Position numbers and translations under genes: made by a program
The notes under the pieces: model-generated
What the model was told of the DNA's origin: nothing
Database searches by the model: none
Seen by the model: the letters and a program-made list of their open reading frames with translations, nothing else
Shown: piece by piece, positions 30,374 through 39,945 of the stretch
Layout: each line of letters begins with the position of its first letter
How positions within the stretch are numbered: the first letter of the stretch is position 1
Assembly (NCBI GenBank): GCA_028865095.1
Contig: JAGWLA010000002.1
Span: 49,319-113,318 of the forward strand
From: Patescibacteria group bacterium
Lineage (GTDB): Bacteria > Patescibacteriota > Minisyncoccia > Phycocordibacterales > PALSA-1337
DNA length: 64,000 bases
Direction of reading: 5' to 3'

Positions 30374-30892
30374 ATGCAAAATAAAATAGCTCTTGGAGTC
30401 GACATCGGCAATGTCATCATCGACAATCGCTCGGTCGATCCGGAAGCAAAAAAAGTCGATGAAGCGACCTATGCGTCATTCCCTCCGACCAGGGGCGTAT
30501 TTGAGGCGCTAAAATCTCTCAACAGCTACTTCCAAGGCGATGTCTATCTCATCTCGAAATGCACCGAATGGGCGCAGGAGCAGATCTTGCTCTGGCTCAA
30601 GGATCACGATTTCTATGCCAGGACAGGCATCAAACCGGAGAACGTCTTCTTTGTCCGGCAGCGCCACGAAAAAGACGGCGTGTGCCGTAAGCTAGGATTG
30701 ACGCATTTCATCGACGATCGCCTTGAAGTGCTCGGCCACATGGTCGGCTCGACTCCGAACCTGATATTATTCCAGCCCGACGACGAAGAAGTCCGGGAGT
30801 TCGAACGGTTCTTGCCCAAGGTCTCTGTCGCCCGAGATTGGGATGAAGCCATGAGAAAGATCGAGAAAGAACATGATATCATATCTCCATGA
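30374..30892 (+). CDS. HAD-like hydrolase (NT5C-like), paralogue 2
   Basis: GVDIGNVI, LISKC, K..VC..LGLTHFIDDRLEVL. Confidence 0.7.
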   Translation: MQNKIALGVDIGNVIIDNRSVDPEAKKVDEATYASFPPTRGVFEALKSLNSYFQGDVYLISKCTEWAQEQILLWLKDHDFYARTGIKPENVFFVRQRHEKDGVCRKLGLTHFIDDRLEVLGHMVGSTPNLILFQPDDEEVREFERFLPKVSVARDWDEAMRKIEKEHDIISP

Positions 30893-31959
30893 AAGACCTC
30901 TTCACCAGGTCGGCGGCGAACCCGATCATCACGCCGGATAGCTCCGGCTGGTGGAAGATCTATAACCCCGGCGCGGCGCTCGACGGACAGGGCGCTGTCC
31001 ACCTCTTCCCGCGCGCGGTCAAGAAAGAGGCCGATTGGCATTCGCGGATCCTTCATGCCGTCTCCCGCGACGGAGTGCGTTTCGAGCTGGACAAAGAGCC
31101 TGTCTTCGAAAGGATAGGGGAGAGCGAGCTCCGCGGGCTGGAGGATCCTCGGGTGACCTTCCTCGACGGCATCTACCACATCGTCTTCGCCGCATATGAC
31201 GGGGCGAGGGTCTTGCTCCATAGCGCGACCGCGCCGGCGCTCGAAGGCCCGTGGCAGCGCCGCGGCGCGATGCTCCCCGATTTCGATTTCTTCAAGAACG
31301 GCGGCAAGATGGTGGAATGGAAGGACGGCAAGCCCGTTGCCAAGACCCATACCAAGAGTGGCTCGGTCTGGAACAAATCAGGAGCGCTTTTCCCGGAGAA
31401 GATCGGCGGCAAGCCCACGCTCATCTTCGGCGAATATCATATGTGGCTCGCCGGCTCCGACGATGGCTTCCGCTATGAAGCCGATCCGACGCCGATCTTG
31501 ACGCCCCGCACCGGGACGCGTTATTTCGACAATACTTTCATCGAGATGGGGCCGCCGCCGATGCTGACCGACAAGGGGTGGCTGGTCTTGTATCATGGGA
31601 TCGACGAGGCGTTCCGCTATCAGCTCGGCTTCGTCATCCTCGACAGGCATGACGTACGGAAAGTCTTATATAGGACCGACGAGCCTATTTTCGGCCCGAA
31701 AGAGCCGTATGAGATGGGGGATGCCCTGATCGACGTCATCAAGGGCGGTATAACGGCCATGAGCGCGATGGACGACGAGCAGCTTAAGGAGTTCTATAAA
31801 ACGGCCAGGAATGAGAACGTCATGCCCCAAGTGACGTTCTGTCCCGGGGCAGTGGTCAAAGACGAGATGCTCTGGCTTTACTATGGCGCCGGCGACACAT
31901 CGATCTGCATGGCTCACGCGCCGCTCCAGAAGCTACTGGACATGGTCCCCGCCGTCTAG
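30889..31959 (+). CDS. GH130 / DUF377 beta-propeller glycosidase or phosphorylase
   Basis: NPIITP, YNPGA, GLEDPRV, NKSGALFPEKIGG, GWLVLYHG, VTFCPG, YYGAGD. Confidence 0.85.
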   Translation: MKDLFTRSAANPIITPDSSGWWKIYNPGAALDGQGAVHLFPRAVKKEADWHSRILHAVSRDGVRFELDKEPVFERIGESELRGLEDPRVTFLDGIYHIVFAAYDGARVLLHSATAPALEGPWQRRGAMLPDFDFFKNGGKMVEWKDGKPVAKTHTKSGSVWNKSGALFPEKIGGKPTLIFGEYHMWLAGSDDGFRYEADPTPILTPRTGTRYFDNTFIEMGPPPMLTDKGWLVLYHGIDEAFRYQLGFVILDRHDVRKVLYRTDEPIFGPKEPYEMGDALIDVIKGGITAMSAMDDEQLKEFYKTARNENVMPQVTFCPGAVVKDEMLWLYYGAGDTSICMAHAPLQKLLDMVPAV

Positions 31960-31987
31960 TACACTCTCACCACAACGACATCCGTCT

Positions 31988-32422
31988 ATGCACCGCCTCC
32001 GCATCACCCGACAATTCATCCGCCGCGCCTTCGGAGTGGCCGTCGCCGCCGTCATCGCCAACGTCATCGTCCTCGGCCTCGCCCGAGCCGCTTTTCCGGC
32101 GCCGGCGGCCTTCAGCCCGTATTTCTACAGCTCCGTCATCGAGCTGACCGCCGCCGGGGTCGTGGCTGCGGCCGCCGTCTATGTGGTCATGGGCCTCATC
32201 TTCAGGAAGCGCGACAGGAACAAGGATTTCGTCTGGGTGTCCTTCGTCGCTCTGGTCCTGTCGTTCGTCCCCGACATCCTCCTGCCGTTCTCGTCCGACG
32301 CGGATAACCAGGGCGCCACCTGGCCCATCGTAGGCGTGCTCATGCTCCTTCACGTCATCCCGGCGGTCATGGTCATATGGGGCTTCACCAGCGGGGTCAA
32401 GGACGTCTCTTCCCATGGATAA
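31988..32422 (+). CDS. 4-TM membrane protein (DUF6069-like)
   Basis: Four hydrophobic helices, LVLSFVPD, L.LLHV. Confidence 0.6.
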   Translation: MHRLRITRQFIRRAFGVAVAAVIANVIVLGLARAAFPAPAAFSPYFYSSVIELTAAGVVAAAAVYVVMGLIFRKRDRNKDFVWVSFVALVLSFVPDILLPFSSDADNQGATWPIVGVLMLLHVIPAVMVIWGFTSGVKDVSSHG

Positions 32423-34436
32423 AGGCACGCCGCCTGTCCGGCCTGCGGCGACCGTCATAGGCGCCATATCGGTCACCACCAAGGGGGCCGGCTATGTCGA
32501 CTATGAGGACCCGAAGAAGGACTCGATATATCTCGAGCCGGGCACTCTGAACACCGCCCTCAACCGCGATACCGTCGAAGTGGCGGTCGCCCGGAAGATG
32601 GTCCGCGGGTCCATGCAGGACGTCGGCACCGTCCTGCGGGTCGTCTCGCGCGCCAAAGAGGCCTTCGTCGGCTCCGTATCCTTCGAAGGAGGGGCCTGCC
32701 TGGTCGTTCCCGACGACACCCGCTTCTATACCAAGATCATGATGCCTCCCGCCGAGGCGACCAAGCTCTCGGCCGGGGTCAAAGCGTACGTCAAGCTCCG
32801 CCCCTGGACCGACCCGGCGAAGCTCCCCGAAGGGGAAGTCATCAAGGTCATCGGCCGCAAAGGCGAGAACGACGCCGAGATGGAGTCCATCGTCCTCGAC
32901 AAAGGCTTCGAGATCGGCTTCCCGGCCGCCGTCGAGCGGGAAGCCGCGGAGATCGAGCGGAACAAGGCCATCACGGCCGAAGAGATCGCCGCCCGCCGGG
33001 ACATGCGCTCGACCGAGACCTATACCATCGACCCGTTCGACGCCAAGGATTTCGACGACGCCATCTCCTTCAAGGAGCTGCCCGGCGGCCTCTACGAGGT
33101 CGGCGTCCATATCGCCGACGTCTCCCATTACGTCAGGCCCGGCACGGCCCTCGACGCGGAAGCGGTCAAGCGCGGCTGCTCTGTCTACCTGGTCGACCGG
33201 ACCATCCCCATGCTGCCGGAAGCCCTGTCCAACGACGTCTGCAGCCTCAATCCCCACGAGGACAAGCTGTCGTTCTCGGCCATATTCGTCATGGACGATC
33301 AGGCGCGGGTGCGCGAGCGCTGGTTCGGCAAGACCGTCATGAATTCCTGCCACCGCTTCACGTACGAGACCGCCCAGGCCGCCATCGACGGCGCTCCCGA
33401 GAACGCCGTGAAGTATTCGAACGGCATCCAGACCGCCGCCTCGGCCGAAGCCGGCATGGGATACCGCTCCCAGCTCCAGACCCTGAACCGCCTGGCCAAG
33501 CTCCTCCAGAAGGAGAAGTTCTCCAACGGCGCCATCGAGTTCGAGCAGGACGAGGTCAAGTTCCGCCTCGACGAGAAAGGCAGGCCGGTCGGCGTCTACG
33601 TCAAGGAGCGCATGGACGCGCACAAGCTCGTCGAAGAATACATGCTCCTCGCCAACCGGGAGGTGGCCAAGTTCATATACGACCGGATGAAGGCCAAGGG
33701 CGGCAAGGACACCGGGGCCATATACCGCATCCACGACGTGCCCGACAAGGACCGGATCAAGGATCTGGCCCTGTTCGTCAAAGCCCTCGGCTATGACCTG
33801 AAGACGAAGGACGGCGCCGTCACCGCCCGCGACCTCAACCATCTCCTCGACCAGATCGAGGGCACGCCGCACGAGTCGCTCATCCGCACCGCCACCATCC
33901 GCTCCATGCAGAAAGCGGTCTATTCGACCAAGAACATCGGCCACTTCGGCCTGGCCTTCGAGTTCTACACCCACTTCACGTCGCCGATCCGCCGCTATCC
34001 CGACCTGCTCGTCCACCGCATCCTGGCCAAGCATCTCCACGACGAGCCGTTCGGCGACCGCGACGCCGCCGCCCTCCAGAAGGTCGCCGAGAGCTCGACC
34101 GACCGCGAGATCGGCGCCGCCGAAGCGGAGCGCGCTTCCCGCAAGCTCAAGCAGGTGGAATACATGTCCGAGCGCGTGGGCAAGTCCTTCGCCGGCACCA
34201 TATCGGGCGTGGCCAAATGGGGCCTCTATGTCGAGGAAGACGAGAGCCGCTCGGAGGGCCTGATCCCCATCCGCGAGCTCGGCAACGACTATTATATATT
34301 CGACGAGAAGACGTACAGCATCAAAGGCGAGCGGACAGGGAAGAAGTTCACCCTGGGCGACAAGGTGCGCTTCAAGGTGCTCGCCGCCGACCTCGACAAG
34401 AGGACGCTCGATTATCGTCTGGACGGTGCGCGCTAA
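32415..34436 (+). CDS. rnr: Ribonuclease R
   Basis: TIDPFDAKDFDDA, HIADVS, EEYMLLAN, HFTSPIRRYPDL, C-terminal S1 domain. Confidence 0.93.
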   Translation: MDKGTPPVRPAATVIGAISVTTKGAGYVDYEDPKKDSIYLEPGTLNTALNRDTVEVAVARKMVRGSMQDVGTVLRVVSRAKEAFVGSVSFEGGACLVVPDDTRFYTKIMMPPAEATKLSAGVKAYVKLRPWTDPAKLPEGEVIKVIGRKGENDAEMESIVLDKGFEIGFPAAVEREAAEIERNKAITAEEIAARRDMRSTETYTIDPFDAKDFDDAISFKELPGGLYEVGVHIADVSHYVRPGTALDAEAVKRGCSVYLVDRTIPMLPEALSNDVCSLNPHEDKLSFSAIFVMDDQARVRERWFGKTVMNSCHRFTYETAQAAIDGAPENAVKYSNGIQTAASAEAGMGYRSQLQTLNRLAKLLQKEKFSNGAIEFEQDEVKFRLDEKGRPVGVYVKERMDAHKLVEEYMLLANREVAKFIYDRMKAKGGKDTGAIYRIHDVPDKDRIKDLALFVKALGYDLKTKDGAVTARDLNHLLDQIEGTPHESLIRTATIRSMQKAVYSTKNIGHFGLAFEFYTHFTSPIRRYPDLLVHRILAKHLHDEPFGDRDAAALQKVAESSTDREIGAAEAERASRKLKQVEYMSERVGKSFAGTISGVAKWGLYVEEDESRSEGLIPIRELGNDYYIFDEKTYSIKGERTGKKFTLGDKVRFKVLAADLDKRTLDYRLDGAR

Positions 34437-34499
34437 GGGATTCGAACCCCTGGCCTACCCCACGTCAAGGGGTCGCTCTACCAACTGAGCTAAGCGCGC
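34427..34499 (-). tRNA. tRNA-Val(GAC)
   Basis: GCGCGCU/AGCGCGC-A acceptor, acccc-TTGACGT-ggggt anticodon arm, GGTTCGAATCC T-arm. Confidence 0.95.
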
Positions 34500-34540
34500 G
34501 ATGTACGGACCACTATACCAGACTGGCCGGAAAAATCCAC

Positions 34541-34615
34541 TGGTGACCCTACCGGGAATCGAACCCGGATTTAAGGCTTGAAAAGCCTCCGTCCTAACCG
34601 TTAGACGATAGGGCC
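34541..34615 (-). tRNA. tRNA-Glu(UUC)
   Basis: Cloverleaf with a TTTTCAA loop; CCA encoded. Confidence 0.95.
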
Positions 34616-34716
34616 GAACGCTAGCAGCGTATCATTTTTTTGTATTTTCGGCAAAAAATTGCTATGGTAGAGCGTATTCGGCGGGCGCCGCCCGGTCCGG
34701 AAAAAGGAGAAATAAA

Positions 34717-34806
34717 GGAGAGATGGCTGAGTGGTCGAAGGCACCGCACTCGAAATGCGGCAGGGGCGCAAGCCCCTCGAGGGTTCGAATCCCTCTCTCT
34801 CCGCCA
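34717..34806 (+). tRNA. tRNA-Ser(CGA)
   Basis: GGAGAGA acceptor, ccgca-CTCGAAA-tgcgg anticodon arm, long variable arm, CCA encoded. Confidence 0.95.
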
Positions 34807-34856
34807 GGACAATCAAGCATCGGTATGACCCGAGCAGTCCGATTCAAACAATTGAA

Positions 34857-35519
34857 ATGATCCCCGGAAAGAGAGAAACAAGAAAAGTGGTCTATTTTGT
34901 TCGACACGGACAAAGCGTGGCGAACGTGACCCCGGTCTTCCAGAGCGAAGACTCGCCGCTATCGGCGACAGGAAAGAAGCAAGCCCAGCTCATAGCCGGC
35001 CGGATATCCCAGATCGACTTTGATGCTTTGATATCGAGCCCCTCGATGCGCACCAAGGAGACGGCGGAATTCATATCTCATAAGACGGGCAAACCAATCG
35101 TCTTCTCGGATCTTTTTGTCGAACGGATAAAGCCGTCTTCGGTATCGGGCAAGCCGCATGACGACAAGGAAGCCAGCAAGAGATTCCATGATTGGGAAAC
35201 TAGCCTGCATGTTCCCAACATGAGAGTCGAGGATGGCGAGAATTTCGATGATATCACAGCTCGCGCCGCACAAGCTCTCTCGTTTCTATACAATCGCCCC
35301 GAAAAGAGGATCGTCGTAGTGACGCACGGATTCTTCTTGAGAGCCTTGCTGGCGAAGGTGCTGAATGGGGATTCCCTTACTTCGAAGAATTTCAGATCAT
35401 TCCTTTTGCATTCAATAATGGATAATACAGGTCTCTCTGCCATCAAATATATAGAAAGCGAGAAGGGGTCCGCTTGGAACTTGTGGATCCATAACGATCA
35501 TGCCCACTTGGCTGAATAA
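34857..35519 (+). CDS. Histidine phosphatase (PGM family)
   Basis: VRHGQS, SSP..RT.ETA, GENF, VVTHG. Confidence 0.9.
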   Translation: MIPGKRETRKVVYFVRHGQSVANVTPVFQSEDSPLSATGKKQAQLIAGRISQIDFDALISSPSMRTKETAEFISHKTGKPIVFSDLFVERIKPSSVSGKPHDDKEASKRFHDWETSLHVPNMRVEDGENFDDITARAAQALSFLYNRPEKRIVVVTHGFFLRALLAKVLNGDSLTSKNFRSFLLHSIMDNTGLSAIKYIESEKGSAWNLWIHNDHAHLAE

Positions 35520-35587
35520 TCTCTGCGTTAATCCGAGCACCTAAATTCCGTGCAGAGAGAGTGCGGAAGGAGTATCATAGGAAGCGC

Positions 35588-35812
35588 ATGAGCAAGACAG
35601 GAAAGATTATCATCGGAGCGATCATCGCGGCTGCCGCCGTCGGGGCCGGCTACGTCTTCATGAAGAGCCGGAACAATGGCGCGGCGAGCCAGAACGCAGG
35701 CGGCAGCGCGAGCCAAAGCATCATAATGGGAACGGGCGATCCGTATGACCAGCAGCATCTCCAGCGCACCCTGAATTCAGGGGGAACGCCGGGAGATGGC
35801 GGAGGGGGATGA
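35588..35812 (+). CDS. Small membrane-anchored hypothetical protein
   Basis: MSKTGK followed by a TM helix and a low-complexity tail. Confidence 0.5.
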   Translation: MSKTGKIIIGAIIAAAAVGAGYVFMKSRNNGAASQNAGGSASQSIIMGTGDPYDQQHLQRTLNSGGTPGDGGGG

Positions 35813-35859
35813 GGGGCGATCTGCTTCATATTTGACCCCAAAGATGATAGATTCTCTGC

Positions 35860-36810
35860 ATGGAACTCGTAAGGGGCTTCAGTCAGCTTACGAAATCCGA
35901 CTCTGACATAGCCGGCGGGAAAGGTGCGTCTCTGGGCGAGATGACCGCCGCCGGGATACCCGTGCCGCCCGGCTTCGTCGTGCTGTCGGCCTCATTCGAG
36001 CGGTTCATCGAAGAGACCGGTCTGACGCAGGAGATCGACGCGGCATTGCATGCGGTCGACCACAAGGAGATCCATACCGTCGAGAACGCTTCCGAGAGGA
36101 TCCAGGCCCTGATCCTCGCGGCCGAGATGCCGAAGGACATAGCCTCCGAGATCGAGAAGGCATTCAAGGGATTGGGCGCGCCCTATGTGGCGGTCCGCTC
36201 GTCCGCGACCGCCGAAGACTCTTCCATGGCCGCGTGGGCCGGGCAGCTTGACAGCTATCTGAATACGACGGAAAAGGACCTGCTCGAGAAAGTGAAGCGC
36301 TGCTGGGCATCGCTGTTCACGCCGCGCGCCATCTTCTATCGCTTCGAGAAAGGTCTGCACGCGGCCAAGATCTCCGTGGCCGTCGTCGTCCAGAAGATGG
36401 TCGCCTCGGAGAAGTCCGGCATCGCCTTCTCTGTCCATCCGGTGACAGAAGACCACAACCAGCTCATCATCGAAGCGGGCTTCGGCCTCGGTGAAGCTAT
36501 CGTCTCCGGCCAGATAACGCCGGATAGCTATGTGGTGGAGAAAAAGCCGAGAAGGATCGTGGATATCAGCGTCTCCGAGCAGACGAAAGGGCTCTTCAGG
36601 CGGGACGGCGGCGGGAACGAATGGAAGGGGCTGGGCAAGCTCGGCGCCTCGCAAGTCTTGGATGAGGCCGCGATCCTGGATCTAGCGGAGCTCGTGGTGA
36701 AGATAGAGAGGCATTACGGCTTTCCCTGCGACATCGAATGGGCATACGAGGACGGGAGATTCTACATCGTCCAGAGCAGGCCGATCACGACGCTGCAAAA
36801 GAAACAATGA
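35860..36810 (+). CDS. Stand-alone PEP-synthase/PPDK ATP-grasp (nucleotide-binding) domain
   Basis: GGKGASLGEM, VAVRSSATAED, GLGEAIVSG..TPD, DIEWA, IVQSRPIT; the ORF ends with no His domain. Confidence 0.9.
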   Translation: MELVRGFSQLTKSDSDIAGGKGASLGEMTAAGIPVPPGFVVLSASFERFIEETGLTQEIDAALHAVDHKEIHTVENASERIQALILAAEMPKDIASEIEKAFKGLGAPYVAVRSSATAEDSSMAAWAGQLDSYLNTTEKDLLEKVKRCWASLFTPRAIFYRFEKGLHAAKISVAVVVQKMVASEKSGIAFSVHPVTEDHNQLIIEAGFGLGEAIVSGQITPDSYVVEKKPRRIVDISVSEQTKGLFRRDGGGNEWKGLGKLGASQVLDEAAILDLAELVVKIERHYGFPCDIEWAYEDGRFYIVQSRPITTLQKKQ

Positions 36811-37835
36811 GGCTTCTTCTGACCAAATCTTTCTCCCGGGAGCACTCGCTCTTCTACTGCTACGTCTGGAACGATAGCGACATGATTGGACTTCCGAAAT
36901 ACGCCGACATGAGCCCGAACTCGCTCTTCCAAGGCGAGGGCAGAGGGAAGAGATTATCGGTCTGGTACAACCAGGCGGAATTGGATATGTTGTTCGGAAA
37001 TATCGAGAAGAAGATAAGCGCTGATCCTCGATATTTTGCGAATGCTAAAAGCGAATTCTACAAATGGTGGGATCTGCTCCTTCCTTACATAAAGAAAGAG
37101 AAGAAGATCGGATCGATAGACTGTATTGAAGATTTTTATGACATATTTGTGAAATGGTGGTCGCCCATGGCCTCGATCATATATATCCCTGATATGAAGG
37201 ACGCACCGGAGGATATCAAAAAGGAAGCTTTCAAGATCCGCGACGAGACCCAGCATTATTCAGATGATGGCGATAGGCTCTTCATTGAATTCTTCCTTGC
37301 ACATTACCCGGAATATACGGACATCGCTTATGTGATATCTCCAACAGAGGTATTTTCGCTCAAGGATGGGCCTTTGAGCCAGCAAGCTCTAGCCGAGATC
37401 AGAAAAAGGCTAGACGGATACATCGTGCACAAAGGGAAGCTGTACCTTGCAAGCGAACTGGACAAAGTCCTTGAAGCCAATAAGCTCGAATTAGAGAAGC
37501 CTAAAACCGAGGATTTGAAAGAGATAAAAGGCGTGCCGGCTAGCAAAGGCAAAGCGAAAGGACCCATCAAGCTCGTCCTTTACAAAGAGCAGATAAAGAC
37601 AGTGAAAGAAGGCGATATACTCGTCACAGAGATGACGTCTCCGGATTTTGTGCCTGCCATGAAGAGATCGGCAGCCATCATTACCGACGAAGGCGGGATA
37701 ACTTGTCATGCTGCTATTGCCTCAAGGGAACTTGGAAAACCATGCATCATAGGTACCAAAATCGCTACGCAGGTCTTCAAGGACGGCGACCTGGTCGAAG
37801 TGGATGCGGACAGAGGGCTGGTAAGGAAGATTTAA
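36807..37835 (+). CDS. Helical substrate domain + PEP-utilising mobile (phospho-His swivel) domain, copy 1
   Basis: ATGA overlap with the upstream gene; C-terminal MTSPDF...TDEGGITCHAAIASRELGKPCIIG. Confidence 0.85.
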   Translation: MRLLLTKSFSREHSLFYCYVWNDSDMIGLPKYADMSPNSLFQGEGRGKRLSVWYNQAELDMLFGNIEKKISADPRYFANAKSEFYKWWDLLLPYIKKEKKIGSIDCIEDFYDIFVKWWSPMASIIYIPDMKDAPEDIKKEAFKIRDETQHYSDDGDRLFIEFFLAHYPEYTDIAYVISPTEVFSLKDGPLSQQALAEIRKRLDGYIVHKGKLYLASELDKVLEANKLELEKPKTEDLKEIKGVPASKGKAKGPIKLVLYKEQIKTVKEGDILVTEMTSPDFVPAMKRSAAIITDEGGITCHAAIASRELGKPCIIGTKIATQVFKDGDLVEVDADRGLVRKI

Positions 37836-37863
37836 AGCGGCCCATTAGGGTATAATCTATCCA

Positions 37864-38910
37864 ATGCGCAGGAAGAGGAATCTAGAGAAAGCCTATACGC
37901 GGGAGCACTCGCTCTTCTATTGCATGGCCTGGAGCGAATCCGACAGGTTCTCGAAGGGGTGGGGAGACGCCGGTTCGCTGTCATTGTTCATCGGGGAAGG
38001 CGCATCGAAGAAGATATCGGTGTGGTATGACCAGCGGGAGCTCGACGAGTATTACGAAGCTTTTGCCAAGAGGTTCCGGGACGAGCCGGGCCGCTTCTCT
38101 TCGATGAGAGAAGATTTCCGCGCCTATTGGGCCGAATGGCTCGATCTCATCCGTGGCACGAAGAGGATCGAGACCGTGGACGATCTCGAGCATATGTATC
38201 ATCTGTATATAAGATGGTGGACGATCACCTCAGATTTCTATTGCGTGCCCGAATTGCCTGGCGCGCCGGCTTCTTCGAAGAGAGACGCGATGAAGATACG
38301 GGAAGAGACCCAGGAATATACGGAATTCGGGGACGACGCCTTCCGTTCCTTCATCGCCTCCAAGTTCCCGGAATATTCCCGGCTGGCGTACGTCATGGCC
38401 CCGCAAGAGGCTTTCTTGCTCAAATACAGGAGATTGCGTCCGCGGGAAGTGTCCGAGATCGAGAGCAGGCTCGGCGGCTATGCGATCATCGACAGCCAGA
38501 TCTATCCCAAAGCCGGCCTGAAGCGGCTGGCGCGCGAATATGATTTCGAGCTGAAGCCTGTCACGGCGGCCCGGAAAGGCGCGATCAAAGGCAGTCCGGC
38601 GTCCAAAGGCCGCGCGACCGGCAGGGTAAGGCTGCTCCTCTTCAAGGACCAGCTCCCGCGGTTCAAGGAAGGGGAAGTCCTCGTGACCGAGATGACCTCC
38701 CCCGACTTCGTCCCGGCCATGAAGAAGGCGGCGGCCATCGTCACCGACGAAGGCGGGATAACCTGTCATGCCGCCATCGCTTCCCGCGAGCTCGGCAAGC
38801 CCTGCGTCATCGGCACAAAAACGGCTACGCAGATCCTGAAGGACGGCGACCTGGTCGAAGTGGATGCGGATGGGGGAGTGGTGAGGGTCATGAGCTGGAC
38901 GAGTCTTTAG
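37864..38910 (+). CDS. Helical substrate domain + PEP-utilising mobile domain, copy 2
   Basis: Paralogue of the preceding gene (shared REHSLFYC..W..SD, WW, TCHAAIASRELG); has its own TATAAT. Confidence 0.85.
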   Translation: MRRKRNLEKAYTREHSLFYCMAWSESDRFSKGWGDAGSLSLFIGEGASKKISVWYDQRELDEYYEAFAKRFRDEPGRFSSMREDFRAYWAEWLDLIRGTKRIETVDDLEHMYHLYIRWWTITSDFYCVPELPGAPASSKRDAMKIREETQEYTEFGDDAFRSFIASKFPEYSRLAYVMAPQEAFLLKYRRLRPREVSEIESRLGGYAIIDSQIYPKAGLKRLAREYDFELKPVTAARKGAIKGSPASKGRATGRVRLLLFKDQLPRFKEGEVLVTEMTSPDFVPAMKKAAAIVTDEGGITCHAAIASRELGKPCVIGTKTATQILKDGDLVEVDADGGVVRVMSWTSL

Positions 38911-38975
38911 GGGCCCTATAGACAGAAAAGCCGCCGACGTGTGCGTCAGCGGCTCGTGATTTTTCGGTCGATCCA

Positions 38976-39746
38976 TCAGTTCGATTGGCGCTCGAGCCAC
39001 ACGACCTCTTCGGGCGTGAGGGCTCGGGAGCACCCGTACGGCACCGGGTTCTGCAGGCGGTGCAGGCATTTGTTGACCCAACTTTGAGGGTCGATGGCCT
39101 TGAAGCCCATGGGATCGTCTTCCGCGGCGCGGAATGCCGGTCCGAGGCCTTTCTTGCGGTCGTGCTTCTTCACGAAGCCGAACCAGCAAGCGGCTTCGAA
39201 CAGCGAGCGTGCCTCTTCCCGGGCCATATATGCCCCCTCATAGAGCTCTCCTTTTTCGAGAAGGAGAGTCATGCGCGCCAGGTCCTCTATGAGCCAGAGG
39301 AATAGGCGCTTCAGGCCTGCCTCGTCGGCGGGGAACTGCCCTTTCGTCATGGGGTGCGATAACAGCAGGCGATACATCGCTCCCTGGAAACGCCCGATGA
39401 ACCGGTCGTAGAGACGACCGAGCGATCCGATGGCGATAAAACAAGCTATCGCATCGAGACCTCCCAGTACCGAATCCACCCGCTCCTCCGTCGGGGAAGA
39501 GACTTTTCCTGTGAGCGCTGCGACCAGGCTCATGATGCCTAACAGCATCATTGCGAGGAGGCCTACCCGGATGTCCCCGAGGGAGCCCCTCTTCTCGAGC
39601 CATTTATGCCCCCACACCGGGTCGAACCAGTTTGCTTTCTTCCAGGCGTCGCGGACATAGCGAGGAAACACCCCCGCCTCCGCCAGCTTGAACATGTCAG
39701 ATTCGCCGCCGTGAGGGCCGATAGGCCCGCTTTCGTTCGTTTTCAT
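38976..39746 (-). CDS. Hypothetical 2-TM protein
   Basis: Long ORF with a TTGACG-17-TATAAT promoter and two hydrophobic segments. Confidence 0.55.
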   Translation of the reverse strand: MKTNESGPIGPHGGESDMFKLAEAGVFPRYVRDAWKKANWFDPVWGHKWLEKRGSLGDIRVGLLAMMLLGIMSLVAALTGKVSSPTEERVDSVLGGLDAIACFIAIGSLGRLYDRFIGRFQGAMYRLLLSHPMTKGQFPADEAGLKRLFLWLIEDLARMTLLLEKGELYEGAYMAREEARSLFEAACWFGFVKKHDRKKGLGPAFRAAEDDPMGFKAIDPQSWVNKCLHRLQNPVPYGCSRALTPEEVVWLERQSN

Positions 39747-39945
39747 TTTTTACTCTCTTTCAATGTGCTTTGTTTGTAGCAGAGGTAAGGGATCTTCCGA
39801 TCCGCCGTTCCGGGATTCCAGCCCCGGAGGGCTTTGTGCTTGTCTGCGAATCGAATGCACTCTCCGATTCCTCCATATTATAACACTTTAAGCATTCAAC
39901 GTCAAATAGCGCCAGGATGGCCCAGGATGGTGCTATACTATGGCC

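Noticed and set aside
35860-37835. Frameshifted ppsA pseudogene
   Set aside because: Clean ATGA coupling, an unrelated helical domain between the modules, an intact paralogue, and no pyruvate-binding barrel.
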